Positions 38,894-48,753 of a DNA stretch of 64,000 nucleotides are shown here, in pieces (positions within the stretch are counted from its first letter, which is position 1; every line of letters begins with the position of its first letter). The translations under genes and the position numbers were made by a program. Source of the stretch: Odoribacteraceae bacterium (GTDB taxonomy: Bacteria > Bacteroidota > Bacteroidia > Bacteroidales > Marinifilaceae); contig JAISNC010000061.1 in assembly GCA_031276355.1 (NCBI GenBank), positions 17,285 to 81,284 on the forward strand. The letters are read 5' to 3'. The notes below the pieces were generated by a model. That model was not told where the DNA came from. It did no database searches and was given only the letters and a program-made list of their open reading frames with translations.

Positions 38894-41800
38894 TCATTGT
38901 TTATTGTTTTTCTTTCTCTTGAAAAAGCCGAAATAGTCACGGAAGAGTTCGCGCAGGGTGTCGAAATTCTCCTGGTAGGAGAGGCCGACGCCCTGGATGG
39001 TCTCCGTGGCGTTGTAGGTGATCTTCGTGTCGGTGTGGGAGTAGGCTTTCAGTTTCAGTGTACCGGGAGCGTTGAGTTTCACATCGACGTCGAAATCCCC
39101 GGTGATGGGCGACTGTCCCGAGGCTTTGGCACCCTCGACGACGTTCCCGTTGGCGGAGATGGAGATGCGGTTGTCCCAGATCCGGGTAGAGAGGGCGATC
39201 TCAAACTCGTTGTTGCTCTCCTGGTCACCGGGTCGATAGGCGACCCCGATGTCCAAGTTGGAACTAAGGCGGGAGAGCCAGCGGGAGAATTGACGGGAGA
39301 GCATCTCGCTGGCGGTGGCGACACCTGTCTGGTAGCCGGCGTCGCGGAGCAGCGCATCTTGCGCGTCCATGGGATAAAAGCGGTTCATGAGCAGGAGGGC
39401 GAATACCTGTTTGTTGATCTCGTCAGGACCGGCGAGGATGCCCTGGAGGGTGCTACGCACGCGGGTATCGAGGGAGGGAAACTCGATGCCGAAAGTAACG
39501 GTAGGATTCAAAAGGTTGTCGGTAAGGTGTAGGGTACACTCGACAGGTACCTTGGCGCTATAGTCGCTGGCGCTCCAACCGCTGACGGCATCCTGCACGA
39601 GGTCTCCGAGCGAGGTGCGCAAGGGGTAGAGGGCCGTGACGTCGATCGTGGCATTCGCGGGGGTACCGTTCCAGGTGATGTGGCCGCCGGGGTGCAGGAG
39701 AAACCGTTTGTTGATAAGGTTGCCCATGGTAAAGAGATAATCTCCCTGTTCGATCGCGTATTCGCCAAAGAGATTTACTTGATTGTCTTTGTCAAGGGAG
39801 AAGCGGAGGTTACCGCGCCCGACGCTTTTGAGGATATCCCCGACGGTGGGGTCGAAGATAAGTTGCAACTCCAGGTCATTGGTGACTTCGACGGCGATGT
39901 CGAGGGCGAGGTGACCGGCAAGCGAAGTGCTTTGTCGCCTGCTGCCTCCCCGTCGGGCCTCAGGGCGGGTGTTGTTGATGAAGTGGAGGAAGTTATACTC
40001 GTCATCCAGCCCGGTGCTGCCGAGGGGTACAAAGAGGCGGGACCCGTGGTTGGTCTTAAAGTCGGCAACGATGGTGGCAACAGCGTCGGGATTGTGGATC
40101 CGCGCTCTTCCCGTGATGGCAAGCTGGCCGTAGAGGGTCTCTTCGCGGGAGACGGGAGCGTTGAGAATCATGAAGTTTTTAAATTGCAAGCCGATATCGT
40201 AGTTGCCCTCCTGCAAGTCGTAGTAACCGGAACCTTTGACCGTGTTCGTTGCCGCGTCTTGCAAGTGCAAGCGATCGAAGAGGACGCGACTCCCCTTAAT
40301 TTCCAAGCGATCGTTCAGGGTGAAGGTGGTGTTGATCGCCTCGACGGGCAAGGTGACATTGTCGAAACCGATGTAACCGTCAAGGGAGGGTGCCCCGGAA
40401 GGGCCTTCTATGTTCAGGATGCCCGACACGGTACCGCTACTTTTACCTAACAAGCCGGGAAAGTGATCCGTGATCCGGTGCGCTTCGATGGCGGAGAGGA
40501 CGGCTTGCAGGCGCACCTCGTTGGTGGAGGGGTTGTAGTGTCCGGATGCGGAGAGAGGCACGCGATGATCCAGGTGGTTGGCCATGTTCACGTGGAGGAG
40601 TTTATCGGACGCGTCCCAGTACGTGCGCATATTCATGACACCTAACGTATCCCGGTCTATGCCCCAGCGGCTTAATTCCATGTCGGCGTAGATCAGGCGA
40701 TCGTTGTAAAGGTCTTGCACGCGCACCTGGCCGTCTATCTTACCGAAGAGGCTCAGCCGATTACTGAACAATAGCGCGTTCAGATCGGATAGCTCGAAAT
40801 TCTCGAATTGCACGAGAAGCGTGTCGTGGGGATTCTCCCCGATGCGACCTTTCAGCCGGAAGAGCTGGTCGCCTCGCCGTATCTCGAAGTTGTTGATAAA
40901 GTAGTTGTCACGCTCTTGGAGGATGAGGGACCGCTCTACGTGCCACAGGCTGTCGCCGATAATGATGACCCCGGGTTGCACCAGTACCTGGGCCACGTGG
41001 CGGTCGTGGTAGCGTAAAAGGCTCAAGTCTGCCGAGAGAGAACCACTGTATGTTTCTCGCTGCCAGTTATTCCAAGTAAGTTCGTTGGAGACGCGGTCGG
41101 GCCGAATCTTCATCGTGTTGCGGAGATTATAGAGTTGTCCCACGGGGGCATAGTTTAATTTTTCCGTCGTGTAGACACTCTCTATGGCCGCCGAGTCTCC
41201 CGTGACGCGTAGCTTGGGGCGAGCGAGTTGCATCTCTCCCCAAGAGAGGGTGTCGGCCCGGAAATCGACATCGATGGCCCCGTTCGCCCCGTTGTAGCGC
41301 GCGAGGAGGGTGGCCCGGTTGGAGAGGGAGAGGCCTGGGTAGATGACCGGGAGAAGGGTATTGAAATCCTTTAACGTAACGGCACAAACGACATCAAGGT
41401 CACGAAGAGGGGGTTGTTTGATCGCGTGCTCGTAGGAGGGGAAGTAGTTATACACGAGGTGATTCCATAGTTTTTCTATCTGTATGTCGCGATAGTTGCC
41501 CGTCACGTCGCAGTCCAAGAAACCGGATTTCAGGACGGTGCTTCCGTGCTCTCCCGCCATCTCGTGGGTGAAGCGGATCGTGTCGAGGAGCATACTCCCC
41601 CGGGCGTTGGCATAGTGCAGCGGAGCTACCCGGAAGTCGATGCAGTACGAGTTGCCGCGCTCTTGCCAGTCGCCGGAGAAGCACGCTTTCAGCGATTCGC
41701 CGGGAGCAAAGAGCGCGGGAGCCCACGTGTCCCATCCCCGGACATCTACCTCACCGCCCACGCGGAGCGAGGCAAGGGAGTCACGCGTCTCGTATACCAA

Positions 41801-43336
41801 GGCGATCCCGGCGCGAATCGTGTCGTTGTCCACGGAGGTGCGGATGTCGTAATGATCCCCCGCCACGCGCACGGCGAGTTGCACCTGCCGCAACTCGGTA
41901 TTAAAAACGGGGAGGCGGGAGGCCCGGCCATCCAGCGTGAAGGAGGTATTACCGGCTTGAAGCCCGGCGAATTTTCCCTCGAAAGAGCCGGTTCCCAAAA
42001 ACGCTTGCCCGGAGAGGAGCGCGTAATTCACCCGCTCCAAGTGTACATCCCCCGCGTAGCGATAGCCCCCGGTCGTGTCGACCCGGTAGGTCACGTTTAC
42101 CTCTCCCCCCAAGCCCGGTGTCGCGCTTCGGGCCGAAACGACGAAGTCATCAATCGTGCCGGAGAAGTGGCCGGCGAGACGGAAGGTGTCATAACGATCC
42201 ACTATCGACGGGAGATAGAGGTAGTGCTCTTCCAGCCAAGGCATATAGATCTCCCGTAACTCTGCCGGCGAGAACTCGCCCTCGGCGAGTTCGATTTCAA
42301 AACGAGTCTCCAGGAAGCGGGGCAAACCGTCGGAGCGGAAGGAGGCGCTGAGGTGGCTTTTGTTGCCGATCCGCAACTCCAGGTTTTTCCCCGACAAGTT
42401 AGCAACGGTGTTGTAGATCTCCCCGCTCCCCGCGATCGCGTTATCCATGCCCAGTAGCGTAGCGTTGAAGTAGGCCAGGTCGCTGAAGTAGACCTCCGCG
42501 TCGGAGAAGAGGTAGCGCTGATTCATCTTCCAAACGAAATTGCGCCAATAGCCCGCGCCAGGAACCCACTCGTAGGCAAGGGTATCAAGACGCAGGTGGC
42601 TACGACCCGCGCGGATAAGGGTGTTGGTCACCAGCAAGCACGTATCATCAAGGTACATGTCACCGGAGAGTTCGTGCAACGTGAAGCCCGATTTTTCTTT
42701 CAGGCGCAGCCCCTTCACGCCCGTCCGGACACCACCTCCCGCGAGGTCAATCCCGTACAGGAGCGCGTACACCTCCCGACACTCCACGTCCGTCCAGTTG
42801 ATGCCGTACGCCACTCCTCCTCCCCCCTTCTCCGCATAGGTGACGCGGCAATCCCGTAGTTCGATCTTGGAAAAGGGTATCTGCCAACGGGGCGATGTGG
42901 TGTCGGTCGTGCTCTCTTCCTCCCGCGAGAAAGCCTTTTGAAGGATATCCAGGTTGGAAGAACTCCTCTCCTGCCCGCGTTGTATCCGGTAGTTGAACAG
43001 GGCCTTTTCAAAACATAACTCTTTCACGGTAAACGTGCTACGAATGAGGTTCACGGAGTCCAATCGCACGAAAAGTCTCCCGGCAAAGAGCAAAGTATCC
43101 TCCCCGGAACCCTTTAACAGCACCTCTTCCAAGACAAGAGTCTCCAAGAGACGAAAATCTACCCGCCCGATGGAGAGTTCCAATCCGGTACGTTCCCTGA
43201 GTTGATGGGTGAAGTAAGCCACCAGTCGCGTTTGCACGAAAGGAGTCATCAACGCGAGGTAAAGAGCTATCGTCAGTGTCCCTAAAACGATAACACACAG
43301 GGAAAATATATTTGTTACTCTTTTTATTCTGTTCAT
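38894..43336 (-). CDS. tamB: translocation and assembly module protein TamB-like (giant inner-membrane-anchored beta-rich protein)
   Basis: 1480 aa. N-terminal membrane anchor (IFSLCVIVLGTLTIALYLALM), long repetitive beta-rich body, conserved C-terminal segment (DUF490-like: ...SISANGNVVEG...VDVKLNAPGTLKLKAYSH). Confidence 0.82.
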   Translation of the reverse strand: MNRIKRVTNIFSLCVIVLGTLTIALYLALMTPFVQTRLVAYFTHQLRERTGLELSIGRVDFRLLETLVLEEVLLKGSGEDTLLFAGRLFVRLDSVNLIRSTFTVKELCFEKALFNYRIQRGQERSSSNLDILQKAFSREEESTTDTTSPRWQIPFSKIELRDCRVTYAEKGGGGVAYGINWTDVECREVYALLYGIDLAGGGVRTGVKGLRLKEKSGFTLHELSGDMYLDDTCLLVTNTLIRAGRSHLRLDTLAYEWVPGAGYWRNFVWKMNQRYLFSDAEVYFSDLAYFNATLLGMDNAIAGSGEIYNTVANLSGKNLELRIGNKSHLSASFRSDGLPRFLETRFEIELAEGEFSPAELREIYMPWLEEHYLYLPSIVDRYDTFRLAGHFSGTIDDFVVSARSATPGLGGEVNVTYRVDTTGGYRYAGDVHLERVNYALLSGQAFLGTGSFEGKFAGLQAGNTSFTLDGRASRLPVFNTELRQVQLAVRVAGDHYDIRTSVDNDTIRAGIALVYETRDSLASLRVGGEVDVRGWDTWAPALFAPGESLKACFSGDWQERGNSYCIDFRVAPLHYANARGSMLLDTIRFTHEMAGEHGSTVLKSGFLDCDVTGNYRDIQIEKLWNHLVYNYFPSYEHAIKQPPLRDLDVVCAVTLKDFNTLLPVIYPGLSLSNRATLLARYNGANGAIDVDFRADTLSWGEMQLARPKLRVTGDSAAIESVYTTEKLNYAPVGQLYNLRNTMKIRPDRVSNELTWNNWQRETYSGSLSADLSLLRYHDRHVAQVLVQPGVIIIGDSLWHVERSLILQERDNYFINNFEIRRGDQLFRLKGRIGENPHDTLLVQFENFELSDLNALLFSNRLSLFGKIDGQVRVQDLYNDRLIYADMELSRWGIDRDTLGVMNMRTYWDASDKLLHVNMANHLDHRVPLSASGHYNPSTNEVRLQAVLSAIEAHRITDHFPGLLGKSSGTVSGILNIEGPSGAPSLDGYIGFDNVTLPVEAINTTFTLNDRLEIKGSRVLFDRLHLQDAATNTVKGSGYYDLQEGNYDIGLQFKNFMILNAPVSREETLYGQLAITGRARIHNPDAVATIVADFKTNHGSRLFVPLGSTGLDDEYNFLHFINNTRPEARRGGSRRQSTSLAGHLALDIAVEVTNDLELQLIFDPTVGDILKSVGRGNLRFSLDKDNQVNLFGEYAIEQGDYLFTMGNLINKRFLLHPGGHITWNGTPANATIDVTALYPLRTSLGDLVQDAVSGWSASDYSAKVPVECTLHLTDNLLNPTVTFGIEFPSLDTRVRSTLQGILAGPDEINKQVFALLLMNRFYPMDAQDALLRDAGYQTGVATASEMLSRQFSRWLSRLSSNLDIGVAYRPGDQESNNEFEIALSTRIWDNRISISANGNVVEGAKASGQSPITGDFDVDVKLNAPGTLKLKAYSHTDTKITYNATETIQGVGLSYQENFDTLRELFRDYFGFFKRKKNNKQ

Positions 43337-43399
43337 GCTTTTCTGGTGAAGGCAAAATTATGTAATATTGCAGAGAAAATTACTTGAACCGTTGAAAAA

Positions 43400-44329
43400 A
43401 TGAAGATATTAGTCACGTACAGGATTCCCATCGAATCTTTTGCCGCGTTGGGAGACGAGCACGATTACGTATTACCTGAAAAAGAGTACTTTACCGACCA
43501 TGAGTTGATCCGTGTCATCGGCGATTACGACGCCCTCATCCCCATTTTCACGCGACCGCTGGGCCGAGAGTTGATCGACGCGGGCAAACGCCTGAAGGTG
43601 ATCAGTAACTTTGGAGTCGGCTATAATAATATAGACATCGCGTACGCGCGTTCTAAAGGGATTGCCGTCTGCAACACGCCGCGTAGCGTATGCTTCCCAA
43701 CGGCGGAGATGGCCATGGGGCTTATGTTGAGCGCGGCGCGGCGCATCGCCGAGTGCGACCGGCGTGTCCGCGTCGAGAAAGAGAGCATGTGGGGAACGAT
43801 GAAAAATCTCGGGTTCACGCTCGAAGGGCGCACCCTGGGTATCATCGGCATGGGGAATATCGGGAAAACCGTCGCGGAGATGGCTGCCGCATTCCGCATG
43901 GAGGTGATCTATCATAATCGCCGGAGTGTCGTGGAGAAGTACGAGCGAGTCGACCTGGAAACCCTGTTGCGACGTTCCGATTTTGTCTCCATCCACACCC
44001 CGCTCACGGGAGAGACCCACCACATGCTGGGAGAACGGGAACTCGCGTGGCTGAAACCCACGGCTTTCTTGATAAACACGGCCCGCGGGGCGATTATACA
44101 AGAGGCCGCCCTGGTGGAGTCTCTTGTCCAAAAGAGAATTGCCGGGGCCGCCCTCGACGTTTTCGAGTACGAGCCGCACATTACCGAACAACTTTATCAC
44201 CTTGATAACGTGGTACTCACTCCACATAATGCTACCGGCACCATCGATACGCGCATCGCTACCGGCCGGGAAGCCGTTGCCAATATCCTGAATTTTTACG
44301 CGGGACACCCGACGAACGTGGTCAACTAA
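43400..44329 (+). CDS. D-isomer-specific 2-hydroxyacid dehydrogenase (glyoxylate/hydroxypyruvate reductase-like)
   Basis: 309 aa. GIIGMGNIGKTVA Rossmann motif, ...FLINTARGAII...AALDVFEYEP...VVLTPHNA. Confidence 0.88.
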   Translation: MKILVTYRIPIESFAALGDEHDYVLPEKEYFTDHELIRVIGDYDALIPIFTRPLGRELIDAGKRLKVISNFGVGYNNIDIAYARSKGIAVCNTPRSVCFPTAEMAMGLMLSAARRIAECDRRVRVEKESMWGTMKNLGFTLEGRTLGIIGMGNIGKTVAEMAAAFRMEVIYHNRRSVVEKYERVDLETLLRRSDFVSIHTPLTGETHHMLGERELAWLKPTAFLINTARGAIIQEAALVESLVQKRIAGAALDVFEYEPHITEQLYHLDNVVLTPHNATGTIDTRIATGREAVANILNFYAGHPTNVVN

Positions 44330-45465
44330 CCCTCCTCGCCGCCCGACAGCGACCGGATGATGTGGGCAGCCACCCGCCCCGATGCGCCCGGTTCGCCCAG
44401 CCGACGATTTACCTCGTCGTATCCTTGCAGGATCCGCTCCCGCGCGGGCGTGTCCGGGAGGATGAGGGAGAGTGCCCCGTACAAGTTTCGCTCGTTGAGT
44501 TGCTGCATGAGCAGCTCCCGAACGACCGCTCTGCCGGCAATCAAGTTGACGAGAGAGATGAACTTTACCTTAACGAAAAGCCTGAATAGCAAATAAAAGA
44601 ACACGCCTCCCTCCCCGCTGTAACAGACTACCTGCGGGACGCGGAGGATGGCCGTCTCCAATGTCGCCGTGCCCGACGTGACCAGGGCCGCCCGGGCTTG
44701 CCGGAGCAACCGGTAGGTCTCTCCGTACACGATGGGGATAGATCGCCCTTTTAAATAAGGTGTATAATCGGCCTCCGTCATCGCGGGTGCCCCGGCAATG
44801 ACAAACTGGTAGGCGGGGAAACGATCCGTCACGCGCAGCATCTTCGGCAACACGTGCTTCAACTCCTGCGACCGGCTCCCGGCCAGCAAGGCGATGATTG
44901 GTTGTCCCGACAAGCCGTGGCGCGCGACGAACTCCTCGAAACGCTCCTCCTGACACTCCCGGCGGTCGATGGCATCCACCAACGGGTTGCCGGCGTAGTA
45001 GACCGTGTAGTTAAAAGCCCGGTAAAAGTCGACCTCGAACGGGAAGATCACGTACATCTTCTCCACCCACCGTTTGATCGCGCGTACCCGCCCCGTGTTC
45101 CACGCCCACACCTTGGGCGAGATATAGTAGTATACCCGCACGTTTTTTTCCTTGAGCATCTTCGCCAAGCGGAGGTTAAATCCCCCGTAATCCACCAGCA
45201 CCACCACATCCGGATGCCACGCGAGGATATCCCGGGCACACGCCCGGAGATTCTCCCGGATCCGGCCCAACTTCCTCACCACCGTGAAAAATCCCATGAT
45301 CGCCGTCTCCTTGTAATGGCACACCACGTCAACGCCCGCCTCTCGCATCAAATCCCCTCCCCAGCCGCGTACCGTCGCCGCCGGGTCCTGCCTTTTCAGC
45401 TCCCGTACTAAGTTCGAGGCGTGCAGGTCGCCCGACGCCTCCCCCGCTATCACGTAATATCTCAT
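44326..45465 (-). CDS. lpxB: lipid-A-disaccharide synthase
   Basis: From MRYYVIAGEASGDLHASNLVRELK..., the typical LpxB N-terminus. The ORF track starts 23 codons further upstream at 45534. Confidence 0.9.
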   Translation of the reverse strand: MRYYVIAGEASGDLHASNLVRELKRQDPAATVRGWGGDLMREAGVDVVCHYKETAIMGFFTVVRKLGRIRENLRACARDILAWHPDVVVLVDYGGFNLRLAKMLKEKNVRVYYYISPKVWAWNTGRVRAIKRWVEKMYVIFPFEVDFYRAFNYTVYYAGNPLVDAIDRRECQEERFEEFVARHGLSGQPIIALLAGSRSQELKHVLPKMLRVTDRFPAYQFVIAGAPAMTEADYTPYLKGRSIPIVYGETYRLLRQARAALVTSGTATLETAILRVPQVVCYSGEGGVFFYLLFRLFVKVKFISLVNLIAGRAVVRELLMQQLNERNLYGALSLILPDTPARERILQGYDEVNRRLGEPGASGRVAAHIIRSLSGGEEG

Positions 45466-45482
45466 CGTACTCTGTTTGCAGG

Positions 45483-45490
45483 CAAAAGTA
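45483..45490 (-). promoter_or_regulatory. candidate -7 box (TACTTTTG on the minus strand) for lpxB
   Basis: TAnnTTTG match 17 nt upstream of the 45465 ATG. Confidence 0.4.
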
Positions 45491-45512
45491 GGAGAATTTC
45501 GTAATTTAACCT

Positions 45513-45520
45513 TACTTTTG
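45513..45520 (+). promoter_or_regulatory. candidate -7 box (TACTTTTG) for mtaB
   Basis: TAnnTTTG match 16 nt upstream of the 45537 ATG. It mirrors the lpxB box. Confidence 0.4.
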
Positions 45521-45536
45521 CCCGAAAATCGCACGC

Positions 45537-46817
45537 ATGGAGCTACAAGGGAAACGAATCGCCTACATCACGCTGGGATGCAAATTAAATTTCTCAGAGA
45601 CATCTACCATCCGGCGCAGCCTTGAACAAGCCGGCGCGCTCTCCGTGAGCGAAGAGGAGGCAGCGGATATATGCATCATAAACACGTGTAGCGTCACGGA
45701 CATGGCCGAGAAGAAGGGACGTCAAGTCATCCGCAAGATCGCCCGCCGTCACCCCGGTGCGTACATCGTCGTCGTGGGCTGTTACGCGCAACTCCGGGGC
45801 GAGGAGATCCAGGCTATCGAGGGGGTAAACCTGGTGCTGAGTGCCGAGGAGAAGTTCGCCGTCGGGGATCGCCTGCGCGCCATCGCGCCGCGTGTGGAAC
45901 AGGAGTACCACGCGGGCAGCATCTCCCACCTCGATCGCTTCGATCCCGCCTGTTCCCACGGCGACCGTACCCGCGGGTTCCTGAAGATACAGGATGGCTG
46001 TGACTATTTTTGCAGCTACTGCACCATCCCGCACGCGCGGGGACGAAGCCGGAGCGCCTCCATCCGGCAAGTGCTGGAGATGACGCAAGAGGCGGCCGCC
46101 AAGAGTATCAAAGAGATCATCCTCACCGGTGTCAACACGGGAGATTTCGGACGGGGGCGCGGGGAGACCTTCCTCGACCTGCTCCGGGCGCTCGAGGCGG
46201 AAGCGGGTATCGAACGTTACCGCGTCTCCTCCATCGAGCCTAACCTGCTGACGGGGGAGATCATTGACTTCATGGCCTCCTCGCACCGCTTCATGCCTCA
46301 TTTTCATCTACCCTTGCAGTCGGGTAACGATGAGGTGCTCGCCCTGATGGGGCGCCGCTACACCCGTGCGTTCTTCGCCGAGAGGGTCACCCTCGCCCTT
46401 GAACGGATCCCCGATGCCTTCATCGGGGTAGATGTCATCGCCGGGATGCGCGGGGAGACGGAAGAGATGTTCGAGGAGTCACTCCGCTTTATCGCGGGGC
46501 TGGATATCGCGCGGCTGCACGTCTTCCCCTACTCCGAACGCGCCGGCACGCGGGCCTTGTCCATCCCGTACGCCGTCCCGGCAGCGGAGAAGAGGCACCG
46601 GGTCGAGGCGTTATTGGCACTCTCGGACGAGAAGATCGCGCGTTTTTATCGCCGTTTCGAGGGCGCAACGCGACCGGTACTGTTCGAGGAGAGCAACGTC
46701 GGGGGATCCATTTGCGGCTTCACCGACAACTACATCCGCGTGGCACTTCCCTACGACCCCGCGCTGGTAAACCGGATCGTGCCCGTGAAGTTAGACGCGC
46801 ACAACATGGAGTTATAA
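45537..46817 (+). CDS. mtaB: tRNA t6A37 methylthiotransferase MtaB (radical SAM MTTase)
   Basis: 426 aa. N-terminal MTTase cysteines (LGCKLN..., NTCSV..., VGCYAQ), radical SAM CDYFCSYC, C-terminal TRAM-like end. Confidence 0.85.
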   Translation: MELQGKRIAYITLGCKLNFSETSTIRRSLEQAGALSVSEEEAADICIINTCSVTDMAEKKGRQVIRKIARRHPGAYIVVVGCYAQLRGEEIQAIEGVNLVLSAEEKFAVGDRLRAIAPRVEQEYHAGSISHLDRFDPACSHGDRTRGFLKIQDGCDYFCSYCTIPHARGRSRSASIRQVLEMTQEAAAKSIKEIILTGVNTGDFGRGRGETFLDLLRALEAEAGIERYRVSSIEPNLLTGEIIDFMASSHRFMPHFHLPLQSGNDEVLALMGRRYTRAFFAERVTLALERIPDAFIGVDVIAGMRGETEEMFEESLRFIAGLDIARLHVFPYSERAGTRALSIPYAVPAAEKRHRVEALLALSDEKIARFYRRFEGATRPVLFEESNVGGSICGFTDNYIRVALPYDPALVNRIVPVKLDAHNMEL

Positions 46818-46831
46818 TTCCGAAGGCGAAA

Positions 46832-46899
46832 CTGTCTCGAATGGTCGTCATTGCTTCGAGCTACGCCCTACCAATGACGAAAACTGACTTATGAGACAG
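46832..46899. repeat. nested hairpin of the REP-like family, downstream of mtaB
   Basis: CTGTCTC (46832-46838) pairs with GAGACAG (46893-46899). Inner stem GTCATTG (46847-46853) pairs with CAATGAC (46872-46878). Confidence 0.7.
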
Positions 46900-47127
46900 C
46901 CTTATCCTCTTGGGATGCAGGAAAAAACTGGCGCATTTTTCTATCGAGCGACATGTTCATTAGAATGATCATCACCTTAATAAAGAGAAATCTATTTTGT
47001 GCCACTCATGAAAACCATTCGAAATTGACAAACAAAGAGATCTCTTTATTAAGATAACCACGTCCTCATGAACCTGCTGGGATAGAGGAACACATTAGAA
47101 CATACAGCGCCCCGACCGATAAAAAGC

Positions 47128-47165
47128 AAAAAAAAAACCCAACCGGTCTTCACAGATGAGTTGGG
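47128..47165 (-). terminator. orphan minus-strand intrinsic terminator in ORF-free DNA
   Basis: The minus strand reads GGGCCCAAC-TCATCTGTGAAGACCG-GTTGGG followed by ten T. No minus-strand gene lies upstream of it. Confidence 0.55.
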
Positions 47166-47365
47166 CCCTCAAGTTTCTCTCAGAATCGAGAAACTTACCG
47201 AAACGTGTTTGTCGATGAAAGTGAACTATCAAATCATAATTAAAACTAACTAACTATCTATCTTGCATTTTTATATTCGTCTGTAAGGAAGAAAGGGGGA
47301 GGGAGTTTTAGTACAATTATCCACTATGAGTAAAACTCCCTTGCACTCCCCCAGTCACACAACAC
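47128..47365 (-). ncRNA. candidate small non-coding transcript (5' end unknown) ending at the orphan terminator
   Basis: Contains a strong hairpin (47295-47352: GGGGGA GGGAGTTTTA ... TAAAACTCCC ttgcac TCCCCC), a second hairpin (GTTTCTC/GAGAAAC, 47173-47194) and the terminator. No ORF. No family recognised. Confidence 0.25.
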
Positions 47366-47941
47366 AACACAAAATATAACTCCTTGATCCTTTCATCTGT
47401 CTTAATCTTTGTCCTTATCTTTCATCTTTGAGTTCTGGAGAAAGAGTCAAGGAGTACCTCTCGTTCCAGATGTCAACCTACTCTTGATTTTCTCGAAGAT
47501 TTCGTCTAACTTTACTCCGTTTCAAGCCGGACTGCGTCTCTCGAAAATGTTAATACAAAATTACGCCAAGTATCGTTATCATGCAAACAAAAACATGGCG
47601 CTTTCAATGTTTCCGCGCTCTTTATTGTTTCTATTTTCATATATGCATGAGGACGCGTGCATGAAATTCGTAAAATATGAATACGACATAAGAACATATC
47701 ATGATTAACGACACGCGTCTCCTGCCAAGAGACATTTCGACAGTTTTACACCGATCCCCCTGAAGAGGGATTCCAAACTACTCGTTCGCCTGTCTTCCGA
47801 CCGAGGGAGCCTGGCGCCGGGAAGAGATTATCATATAACGTAAAATAAATCTTCCCAATACTCGAAATATGAGGATTAAAAACTTTTAGATTCATCTTGC
47901 ATTTATTCGGGTATAAATTTTTTTCTTTTTGATATTATTTC

Positions 47942-47949
47942 TACTTTTG
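47942..47949 (+). promoter_or_regulatory. candidate -7 box (TACTTTTG) for the small-ORF/DUF3575/DUF3868 unit
   Basis: TAnnTTTG match 21 nt upstream of the ATG at 47971. Confidence 0.4.
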
Positions 47950-47970
47950 GATCGTGTTTTATTGCAGTAT

Positions 47971-48156
47971 ATGACGTTGAAAAAAAGAGGCGTAAAGACA
48001 GGCAAATGCATACACGCGACAAGTGAGGAATATGGCTCATCGCGTGTGGCACTGGATAAACAATACTACTGTTTTCCAGCGGATTATGCAATAAAAAGAA
48101 GAGAAGATGGTTTAATTAAGATAGATGATGTTGTACACGATAACTTGATAATTTAA
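47971..48156 (+). CDS. possible 61-aa small protein preceding the DUF3575 gene
   Basis: MTLKKRGVKTGKCIHATSEEYGSSRVALDKQYYCFPADYAIKRREDGLIKIDDVVHDNLII. Sits between a candidate promoter and the DUF3575 start, 5 nt after its stop. No recognisable family. Confidence 0.3.
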   Translation: MTLKKRGVKTGKCIHATSEEYGSSRVALDKQYYCFPADYAIKRREDGLIKIDDVVHDNLII

Positions 48157-48161
48157 AATTT

Positions 48162-48728
48162 ATGAGAAAAATAATTTTTCTTTTTGCTGCATTGGGGTTA
48201 TCTTTCACCCTTAGCGCGCAACGTATTGGTGTCAAGAATAACCTTCTTGCCGATGCTACTTTATCACCCAATCTTGCCTTGGAGTTCAGCCTGGGAGAAC
48301 GGACCACGTTGGAGGTGTATGGAAGTTACAATCCATTCGATTGGAAAGATGACAAAAAATTTAAACATTGGATAGCTCAACCCGAGCTCCGGTACTGGGC
48401 CTGCGAACGGTTCAACGGCTATTTCTTCGGGGTTCACGCGATCGTCGGGGAGTTTAACGTGGCCAATTGGGACCTGCCGGGTGGAGTTCTCTCCTTCCTC
48501 AATGGCAAACGCTACGAGGGACTCCTTTACGGGGGAGGCATCACCTTCGGTCATCAATGGATTTTAAGTAAACGCTGGAGCATCGAAGCGGCTGTCGGCG
48601 GGGGATACACGCGATTCGAATACGACGATTACTTGTGCGCCAAGTGTGCCCCGAAACTCAAATCAAGTTCATATAACTACTTCGGGTTGACCCGGACAGT
48701 CGTTTCGCTCGTTTACTTTTTACATTAA
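48162..48728 (+). CDS. DUF3575 domain-containing outer-membrane protein
   Basis: 188 aa. Signal peptide, then RIGVKNNLLADATLSPNLALEFSLGERTTLEVYGSYNPF...WIAQPELRYW...GYFFGVH, typical of DUF3575. Confidence 0.85.
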   Translation: MRKIIFLFAALGLSFTLSAQRIGVKNNLLADATLSPNLALEFSLGERTTLEVYGSYNPFDWKDDKKFKHWIAQPELRYWACERFNGYFFGVHAIVGEFNVANWDLPGGVLSFLNGKRYEGLLYGGGITFGHQWILSKRWSIEAAVGGGYTRFEYDDYLCAKCAPKLKSSSYNYFGLTRTVVSLVYFLH

Positions 48729-48753
48729 TCCACCCGATAAAAAACATACCGTC

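Noticed and set aside
47409-47708. 99-aa plus-strand and 61-aa minus-strand (47512-47697) ORFs in the AT-rich block
   Set aside because: The two overlap each other on opposite strands. Their translations are hydrophobic/aromatic and low-complexity, as expected from AT-rich DNA. No promoter box or recognisable family.
48047-48062. Possible sigma-54 promoter (TGGCAC) upstream of the DUF3575 gene
   Set aside because: TGGCAC is followed after 5 nt by AAAC, not the TTGC(A/T) element. Other TGGCAC hits lie inside coding regions. I could support no sigma-54 promoter.
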